A stretch of 25,092 nt of DNA from Phycisphaerae bacterium (GTDB taxonomy: Bacteria > Planctomycetota > Phycisphaerae > UBA1845 > Fen-1342): contig JBFWWY010000001.1 in assembly GCA_050245935.1 (NCBI GenBank), positions 1 through 25,092 on the forward strand, in the 5' to 3' direction. This document shows positions 19,102-25,092 of the stretch, one piece after another. How positions within the stretch are numbered: the first letter of the stretch is position 1; the number at the start of each line of letters is the position of its first letter. The position numbers were made by a program, and so were the translations under genes. The notes under the pieces were generated by a model. It searched no databases and was not told where the DNA came from. It worked only from the letters and a program-made list of their open reading frames with translations.

Positions 19102-19179
19102 AGGTCAATCCACCAATCATTTGCTAAGTCTTTGAAGGTGGGGTGTGTGATCTGCGACATTCGGTTGGCGCGGTGAAAT

Positions 19180-19364
19180 TCGGTCCTGCGGGAACGAATC
19201 GCCGGCCCTTGTTTCCGCAAATCAGCAAACAAGAATAAGACGTGACCCTGCGTTGGATCTACCAACGTTAGTGCGCAGTGGAAATCGGCAGGTCCCTTGG
19301 CGGAAGAAGACGGAAAATGAATGTATATGAGCCAATCACCTGGTGTTTCCCGATTTATGACCGA
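19180..19364 (-). ncRNA. ssrS: Candidate 6S RNA (~185 nt), co-oriented upstream of rny
   Basis: End pairing TCGGTC/GACCGA, GGGAA/TTCCC, GGCTC/GGGCC; A/T-rich unpaired stretch; internal CGTTGG/CCAACG hairpin; GGGACCTG...CACTGCG...CAGGGTCA resembles 6S cores as I recall them; ssrS-rny synteny is established. Not verified with a covariance model. Confidence 0.5.
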
Positions 19365-19475
19365 TCGGCATAAGCCGAGCAATCCGAAGTATACTGCGTG
19401 CCAAAGCGTTGCATCCCGAAAGCCGGGGCCATTCAGACTCTTGTATGGCACTCCACGAAGCCGTACCTTTTCTCT

Positions 19476-19520
19476 CGTCCCCTCAATATAAACGTAGGGT
19501 GCAAATCCCGCTAGGGGACG
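19476..19520 (+). other. Stem-loop CGTCCCCT...AGGGGACG enclosing a T-loop-like GGG-TGCAAAT-CCC
   Basis: Perfect 8-bp outer stem and an internal hairpin visible in the sequence; function and strand unknown. Confidence 0.4.
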
Positions 19521-19627
19521 GTGAGCTTCGCGGAACATTCCGTCCACTCAGGAGTTAGAATGATGGCGGCCTTTCAATTTGCACGCCGTATTTCCTTGCG
19601 GGAGCGGAGCGCCAAGGGTAGCATCAA

Positions 19628-20167
19628 ATGAAGAATATGGATCGGCGAGGATCAGAAATCCAGACGAATGACCTCCCTCGCGACGTGGAAAGTCGTCCGC
19701 GATTCCGCGCGACGAGCGTCCTGCCGCATTGGGTTGCCGCGTTCTCCCTGGGAATTTTGGCAACCGTAGCGCTGTTTCGCGGCTTGGAGTCCACCGAGCG
19801 GGAAGCGGTCGCACAGACCAACGGAATGGCCGGAGCCCGCGGCGTTTTCGCGTTCTCCGGTCAACTGGACAAAAATCGCAACGGCCTGTTCATGCTGGAT
19901 ATCGAGCAGGGGACAATTTGGGCCTATGAACTCGAAGAAGCCGGCGGAGGCGTGCGTCAGATGCGACTGGTCGCAGCCCGCTCCTGGTTGTACGACCGCT
20001 ATCTTCGTAACTTTAATTGTGCCCAACCCACGTATCAGCAAGTACAGGACCTCGTCGCACGAGAGCGGGCACAGACCGTTGCCCGTCGCGGCGGTGGCCT
20101 GCAGGACGAAGAGGCCACCGGCGATGGAAGCGAACCCAACCTTCGCATACCTCCTGAAAACCCCTAA
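19628..20167 (+). CDS. Hypothetical single-pass membrane protein
   Basis: One hydrophobic segment (WVAAFSLGILATVALF) followed by a beta-rich globular part (LFMLDIEQGTIWAYE, LVAARSWLYDRYL); ends 21 bp before the HTH gene; start 19628 or 19637. Confidence 0.75.
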   Translation: MKNMDRRGSEIQTNDLPRDVESRPRFRATSVLPHWVAAFSLGILATVALFRGLESTEREAVAQTNGMAGARGVFAFSGQLDKNRNGLFMLDIEQGTIWAYELEEAGGGVRQMRLVAARSWLYDRYLRNFNCAQPTYQQVQDLVARERAQTVARRGGGLQDEEATGDGSEPNLRIPPENP

Positions 20168-20188
20168 CCGACATCGAGGAAGCTCTGA

Positions 20189-21118
20189 ATGGCCAAGCCT
20201 TTTTATTCGCTCGAAGAAGTTGCCGATCTTCTCGGCAAGTCCAACGACGAAATCACCGCTTTGGTTCGCGCCGGCGATCTGCGCGAGTTTCGGGACTCGG
20301 GGAAGGTGTTTTTCAAGGCCGAAGATGTCGAGAAACTCCGAAAATCCGGCGACTCCGGCGAGATCACGCTCGACTCCGTCGACGCCGACTCCTCCGATTC
20401 GTTGCCAACCCTCGTAGACACCTCCGGCGGTACCAGCATCATCGGCTTGTCAGACATGGATGATGCCGAGTCAGGCGGCAGCGGCGCGCCGGCGGCCAAA
20501 GAGGGCACCTCGCTGCCCAGTGGCATCGGCGTTTTCGATGACGACGAATTGGAACTGGACGACGACCCGATGGCCGCGACGCAGGTGACGGCCGCCGCGG
20601 GCGCTCCGGGAAGTGTTTCGCTGGAAGGCACCGGAAGCGGCTCCGGCCTGTTGGATCTGACACGAGAAGCAGACGACACCTCCCTCGGTGCTGAGTTGCT
20701 CGACGAAATTTATCCGGGTGAAGACGATGCCGCCGCCTCGAAAGCGGGTTCGCGAACCGGCTCCGCCGCCAAGAGCGCAGCGGGGGCTTCGCGCGGCGGC
20801 ACCGCGATCGAAGACGCCGCCGACGAGGAAGACGAAGAAGCGGTCGAGGAGGAAGAGGTTCTGGTGCCCGCCCAGCGGACGTATGCAGTCGCCTACGATC
20901 CCCTCGAAGGTATGTTTTCTTTCATGCTGATCGCGGCGCTGATTATCCTCGGAATCGCCGGTGCTGTGCAGGCGGCGGTAATGCAGGGTTACGTTCCTGA
21001 CTACGGCGTGTTTCTCGCGAACAGATTTTGGATCTTCATTGCCGGCGCCGTGGGAATCCTCGGGTTGCTGACGCTGATCGGCTTCTTGATCGGGCGCAGC
21101 GGTGCAAGGCGCGTCTAG
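20189..21118 (+). CDS. Membrane-tethered excisionase-like HTH protein (HTH, long acidic disordered linker, two C-terminal TMs)
   Basis: FYSLEEVADLLGKS...LVRAGDLREFRD...FKAEDVEKL; D/E/S/G-rich linker; two hydrophobic helices at the C-terminus. Confidence 0.82.
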   Translation: MAKPFYSLEEVADLLGKSNDEITALVRAGDLREFRDSGKVFFKAEDVEKLRKSGDSGEITLDSVDADSSDSLPTLVDTSGGTSIIGLSDMDDAESGGSGAPAAKEGTSLPSGIGVFDDDELELDDDPMAATQVTAAAGAPGSVSLEGTGSGSGLLDLTREADDTSLGAELLDEIYPGEDDAAASKAGSRTGSAAKSAAGASRGGTAIEDAADEEDEEAVEEEEVLVPAQRTYAVAYDPLEGMFSFMLIAALIILGIAGAVQAAVMQGYVPDYGVFLANRFWIFIAGAVGILGLLTLIGFLIGRSGARRV

Positions 21119-21168
21119 GAGTCTCGAAGGGCAGAATTCAGATCTGCGTTCGTAAAACAATTTTCACG

Positions 21169-21197
21169 AAATCCGCGCCGCCGCGCGGATTTTTTTA
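21169..21197. terminator. Intrinsic terminator, probably bidirectional, overlapping the TAA of the convergent gene
   Basis: AAATCCGCGC-CGCC-GCGCGGATTT followed by a T run. Confidence 0.85.
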
Positions 21198-21989
21198 TAG
21201 CGCTGCAATCTGCTCCGCAATTGTGACCGGTGCCAACCGGTCTTGCGGGCGGCGACTGACAAAACTGTACGTCAGCACACCGTTTTTGTTGAACAGAAAT
21301 TGCGCAGGGATGGCAATATCTCCTCCGGTGGGTTTTCCGTTCGGATGCAGCAACCCGAACTGACGAATCACATTCCCTGACGGATCTGCAAGCAGCGGAA
21401 ATTCCAGTTTGTTCTTTTCCGCGACAGCCCGCGATTCTGCGGGGGTATCCGCGGAGATCGCAAGCAACGTCCCGCCTTTCGCGCGAATCTGTTCATGAAT
21501 CGCTTCGAGACCTCGAAGCTCCGAAACGCAGAACGGTCACCAGTGTCCACGATAGAAAACCAGTAGGACCGGCCCTTTGCCCCAATAATCTGCGAGCGTT
21601 ACCGAATTCCCATCCTGATCCGGCAGCGTAAACGTCGGGGCGTCGGCGTCGACCGCCCGAAGCGCATCGATTCGCGCTTGTTGCGGCGCCGGGACGCCAA
21701 AAAACAGGTAAGTAGAGGATACGAAAAGCGCGGTGGTACCCAGCGCGACGATGCTGGCAAGCGTGCCCGGCCAGCGTGGTCGCATGGTCGCGGCCCGCAC
21801 GGCTATCGCACAGCCCGCAATCATCAGCAAAAGATTGGGAGTTCCATATTTTCGAATCGACGGCACATCAAGGAGCGCGACGTAGCTCGCGGCACCGGCA
21901 ACGATGACAAGAATCGACAAAATTGAAGCAAGCAGGGCACGCTTCACACTCGGATCGTTCGGCGTTTCCCTTTGTGGTTTCGCGTCCAT
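21195..21989 (-). CDS. Membrane-anchored peroxiredoxin-like (AhpC/TSA, PRX-like 2) selenoprotein, 264 aa, Sec at codon 151 (TGA at 21539-21537)
   Basis: The frame continues through TGA: APTFTLPDQDGNSVTL...VLLVFYRGHW-U-PFCVSELRGLE...LLAISAD...FPLLADP...PAQFLFNKNG. The TGA sits at the first Cys of the RGxWCPxC motif; SECIS-like hairpin follows; three N-terminal TM segments. Confidence 0.88.
21502..21519 (-). promoter_or_regulatory. Bacterial SECIS-like hairpin GCTTCGA-GGTC-TCGAAGC
   Basis: Perfect 7-bp stem starting 18 nt after the UGA; apical loop starts at +25 with GG. Confidence 0.72.
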
Positions 21990-22180
21990 GGCTTTCGAGT
22001 ATATTGACCCGGTCGTATTTGCACCATCGCAGTCCGGCGCAAGTTGCGGCCAATACGACGCAGATCGGTAAAACGACTTGACGTGATGAATTCGCATCCA
22101 TGAGCGACGCAGTGACGCTTTGTCCCGCGCCGCGCGGAGCGATGCGAATCCGTACATCTCCCGCTTGAGAGGGGCAGTTC

Positions 22181-24142
22181 GTGACGAAAAAACGATGGCA
22201 GCGGGTCGCATTCGGCTGCGGCATTTGGTTTTGCCTCGTATCCGCCAACGCACAGGACATCGTCACCGACGATGCGCAGCCGGACACGCAGCAATCTGTC
22301 ACGACAGTTGTGCCCGAGGTATCAACGGCAGACTCCTCGAGCCCCGAGCTGATCGATGATCTTACCGCGCTACCCGTCTGGCCCTCGTTCAACCGTGTGC
22401 AGTTCGCCTGGATCGGCGTTCTGGGGATTCTCGCGATTACGTTGATGCTCCGGCGCGGCTCGGAGCTGGCGGCGCTCGATGGTCTGCTGCTTGCATTTGC
22501 CGCGACGTGCATGTTGCTCCGAAGCGTCCACACGACCCCGGATTTTCTCGTGGGACATGACCTTTCCTGGTGGACGTATCTCGCGCTGCTGGCGATCGTC
22601 GTATATTTCGCAGTACGCGGCATGTTCTTGCTGGGGAATCAGGTTCCCGATCAGGTCGGGCGCAGCGGCAACGAAGGTGCCGCGTTTGTTTTCCTGGTCG
22701 CAGCGATCCTCTTCGGCACCTGGTACGCGAAGAACGTCCCGCCTGCCCAGGCTTCGGTCGATGGCTTGCTTGGCGGTCGCGAAACCATGGATTTCGGCAC
22801 TCTTCCGTACGGAACGACTTCGAATCATAATCACCGGTCCCCGCTCCTGTATTTGTGGTACGCATCACTCGCAAAAATGGATCTCGTCAACCCGCTTCCC
22901 GATCGGGCGTCGGAATTCGAATTTGAACGAACGAACTTTGAGGTTCGCACGCAGGTTGCACCCTATTTGTGGTACTCGGCGCGCCCCATTCTCTGGTCCA
23001 ATCTTTTCTTCGCGGGCCTGACGCTGATCGGCTTGATGGTGATTGGCAGCCGGCTCCATTCCGCTTCCGTCGGGCTCAGTCTCGCGGCCCTCTTTGCACT
23101 CTTCCCCGGAACGCTGGACGCGATCACGAACTCCGAGCTTTTGCTCGGCACTGCATTGCTGACCTGGGCAATCGCATTCTCCCTGTTGCCATTACTCGGC
23201 GGGTTTTTTGGGGCGCTGTTCTTCGTGGCCGCCGGTTTTGTCTGGCCCTGGGCGTGGCTCGGATTGCCGATCCTCCTCGCGTACTCATGGGTTCGCGGCT
23301 GGATGGTTGTTTGGAGCATCTTCGGATTTCTGGCAGGCGTCGGCCTGTTTGTCTGGGCCTTGCCAATTCTGGTGCCGGCATCGTTGCCGCAACCTCGCGG
23401 CTTTTGGTCCGATTCAGCGGAATTCCCGCGCTATGCCGCAGCATTCGATCCCGAGCAACTCACATTAACCATTACGCCCATGACGGAGCGTCAGCGCACG
23501 GAACTTGCTGCCGAACCGCATACGTTTGCGCCCATGATCGACTGGCTTCTGCGACAGGGTTCCACCACGATCGACAGATTGGCGTCAACGTCGTTTTCTG
23601 ACGGCCGCGTCGTAATTGCCGAGGGAGTTGATCCCCACACGACACATTATGCTGCGATCCTTCCGGTCGACGAGCTTTCTCGTTCCAAACTTCAGGCGCA
23701 GTACCAGTTCGATATGAGCACGGCCGATCCCAAGAAGCAGTTCATGGGTTCCTTGCGAACGCTGATCGAAGACACCTGGCGACCCGGCAAAAGTCCATAT
23801 TCCCTGGAGCAGAGTGCCTGGCGAAGCTGGGGGGCGCTGGAAAAATCCAAAGCGGATCAGATCCGTACGATTCGACGCGTGATCAAGACGATGGCACTCG
23901 TTCTGGCCGCACTGTGTTCGGTCATCCTTCTGTCACGCAAAGCAGTGGCCCCGCCCGCGTTCGTCGGTGCATTACTGGCTGTATTGGCCGTCGGTTTTAT
24001 CGCGTCGCTGAACGGACCGGGGGATCATTGGGCATGGATTTTGCCGGCAATGCTCGCGGCACACGCGGCTACGCGTCCGCGGCTGCCCGCCGTTTCGGTG
24101 GAGGGATATTCCATACCGCCCGCATACCCTGTCCGGCGATGA
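22181..24142 (+). CDS. Polytopic membrane protein, possibly GT-C-fold glycosyltransferase-like
   Basis: Signal-peptide-like start ending ANA-Q; many hydrophobic segments (roughly a dozen by eye); loop GTLPYG...HRSPLLYLWY reminiscent of GT-C/PIG-U-like proteins. The CDS is solid, the function tentative. Confidence 0.6.
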   Translation: MTKKRWQRVAFGCGIWFCLVSANAQDIVTDDAQPDTQQSVTTVVPEVSTADSSSPELIDDLTALPVWPSFNRVQFAWIGVLGILAITLMLRRGSELAALDGLLLAFAATCMLLRSVHTTPDFLVGHDLSWWTYLALLAIVVYFAVRGMFLLGNQVPDQVGRSGNEGAAFVFLVAAILFGTWYAKNVPPAQASVDGLLGGRETMDFGTLPYGTTSNHNHRSPLLYLWYASLAKMDLVNPLPDRASEFEFERTNFEVRTQVAPYLWYSARPILWSNLFFAGLTLIGLMVIGSRLHSASVGLSLAALFALFPGTLDAITNSELLLGTALLTWAIAFSLLPLLGGFFGALFFVAAGFVWPWAWLGLPILLAYSWVRGWMVVWSIFGFLAGVGLFVWALPILVPASLPQPRGFWSDSAEFPRYAAAFDPEQLTLTITPMTERQRTELAAEPHTFAPMIDWLLRQGSTTIDRLASTSFSDGRVVIAEGVDPHTTHYAAILPVDELSRSKLQAQYQFDMSTADPKKQFMGSLRTLIEDTWRPGKSPYSLEQSAWRSWGALEKSKADQIRTIRRVIKTMALVLAALCSVILLSRKAVAPPAFVGALLAVLAVGFIASLNGPGDHWAWILPAMLAAHAATRPRLPAVSVEGYSIPPAYPVRR

Positions 24143-24168
24143 CCCGGTCGTCGATTCGCGCCTCCGGA

Positions 24169-24197
24169 TTGACGACGATTCGCGGCGCGTTTACGGT
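24169..24197 (+). promoter_or_regulatory. Sigma70-type promoter TTGACG-17 bp-TACGGT, 6 nt before the guaA ATG (leaderless geometry)
   Basis: Canonical 17-bp spacing; predicted start site coincides with A24204; no SD sequence. Confidence 0.55.
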
Positions 24198-24203
24198 TGT
24201 CCC

Positions 24204-25092
24204 ATGAGTCACCGCCAAAAGATCGTCATTCTCGATTTCGGCAGTCAAACCTCGCAACTCATCGCGCGCCGCGTACGTGAAAATCACGTTTACAGCGAAC
24301 TCCTGCCTCCCGACGTTTCGGCGAAATCCCTCACCAACGACGACGTGCGCGGGATTATTCTCAGTGGCGGTCCCGCGAGTGTGGCTGCGGCCGATTCGCC
24401 GCGCTGCGATCCGGCGATCTTCGAGCTCGGCGTCCCCATTCTCGGCATCTGTTACGGCATGCAACTGATGGGAGAGTCGTTCGGGGGCGTGGTGGAAGCC
24501 GGCCAGACGCGCGAATTCGGTCGAACCAAAATTGATATTCGTGCCGCCGAATCCATCCTGGCGCGACTCCCGGAGCAGTTACACGTTTGGATGAGCCATG
24601 GTGATCTTGTCTCGCGCGTCAGCGACGATTTTGAGATCCTTGCGGCCTCGGATCATTGCCCGGTAGCGGCGGTCCGCCATCGTTCCAAGCCGCTTTTTGG
24701 GGTGCAGTTTCATCCTGAGGTGACGCACACCCAGCACGGTTCGACGATCATTCGCAATTTTGTCTATGAAGTCTGCGGCTGCACCGGCGACTGGAAGGTG
24801 GACAACGTCGTCGACGAAGCGGTCGCCAAAGTTCGCCGACAGGTCGGAGGCGAGGATCGTGTCATCTGCGGTCTTTCCGGAGGCGTCGACAGCAGTGTCG
24901 TTGCGGCACTGATTCACCAGGCCATCGGAAATCGACTGGTGTGCATTTTCGTGGACAATGGACTGCTTCGCCAAAATGAGCGGGACGTGGTCGAGTCCAC
25001 GTTCCGCGATCACTTTGGAATGGAACTCCACGTGATCGACGCCGCCAGTCGATTTCTTCGCGCGCTTCAGAGAGTCACGGATCCGCAGGAAA
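24204..25092 (+). CDS. guaA: GMP synthase (glutamine-hydrolysing), 5' part, truncated by the window end
   Basis: My translation: MSHRQKIVILDFGSQTSQLIARRVRE...GIILSGGP...LGICYGMQ...VWMSHGD...GVQFHPEVTHT...GLSGGVDSSV...VDNGLLR; absent from the ORF track because it has no stop codon in the window. Confidence 0.97.
   Translation, partial: MSHRQKIVILDFGSQTSQLIARRVRENHVYSELLPPDVSAKSLTNDDVRGIILSGGPASVAAADSPRCDPAIFELGVPILGICYGMQLMGESFGGVVEAGQTREFGRTKIDIRAAESILARLPEQLHVWMSHGDLVSRVSDDFEILAASDHCPVAAVRHRSKPLFGVQFHPEVTHTQHGSTIIRNFVYEVCGCTGDWKVDNVVDEAVAKVRRQVGGEDRVICGLSGGVDSSVVAALIHQAIGNRLVCIFVDNGLLRQNERDVVESTFRDHFGMELHVIDAASRFLRALQRVTDPQE

Noticed and set aside
19476-19520. tRNA or tRNA-Sec gene
   Set aside because: No D arm, anticodon arm or CCA; only 45 nt
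19005-19547. 180-aa ORF upstream of rny (possible zapA)
   Set aside because: Overlaps rny out of frame, has no ZapA-like features, and spans the structured RNA candidates
20189-20340. Prophage or ICE excisionase
   Set aside because: The HTH is fused to a tether and TMs; no integrase, att sites or phage genes in the window
21990-22253. 88-aa N-terminal extension of the Prx-like ORF
   Set aside because: Arg-rich non-protein-like sequence overlapping the divergent gene; ATG 21989 follows a TATACT box
911-25031. The many antisense and alternate-frame ORFs in the track (e.g. 1462-2445, 3331-4137, 5539-6423, 12385-13329, 17368-18207, 24579-25031)
   Set aside because: Each lies within a well-supported gene and is the expected shadow of GC-rich coding sequence

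Overview
GC-rich bacterial chromosomal window, probably Planctomycetota/Phycisphaerae (inferred from the dockerin-like C-terminal tails, the membrane-tethered HTH protein and the REP style). Housekeeping genes typA, purB, rny and guaA (5' part only, missing from the ORF track) are interspersed with accessory genes: an NHL-repeat protein with a YtkA/FixH-like tail, a vanadium haloperoxidase-like protein, SPFH plus a zinc-ribbon protein, an SRPBCC-ArsR-DinB operon, a PLP transsulfuration enzyme, a GH144 beta-1,2-glucanase, a sugar-dehydrogenase-like propeller and a GT-C-like membrane protein. Main hidden signals: (1) a membrane-anchored Prx-like selenoprotein split by the ORF track at an in-frame TGA (RGHW-U-PFC) followed by a SECIS-like hairpin; (2) three unrelated secreted enzymes sharing a Cys-containing dockerin/EF-hand-like tail; (3) a promoter overlapped by two identical-arm palindromic operators before the ArsR operon; (4) a 6S-like RNA upstream of rny; (5) repeated apparently leaderless promoters; (6) several REP-like palindrome families. 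All family assignments come from motif recognition by eye; no searches were run.
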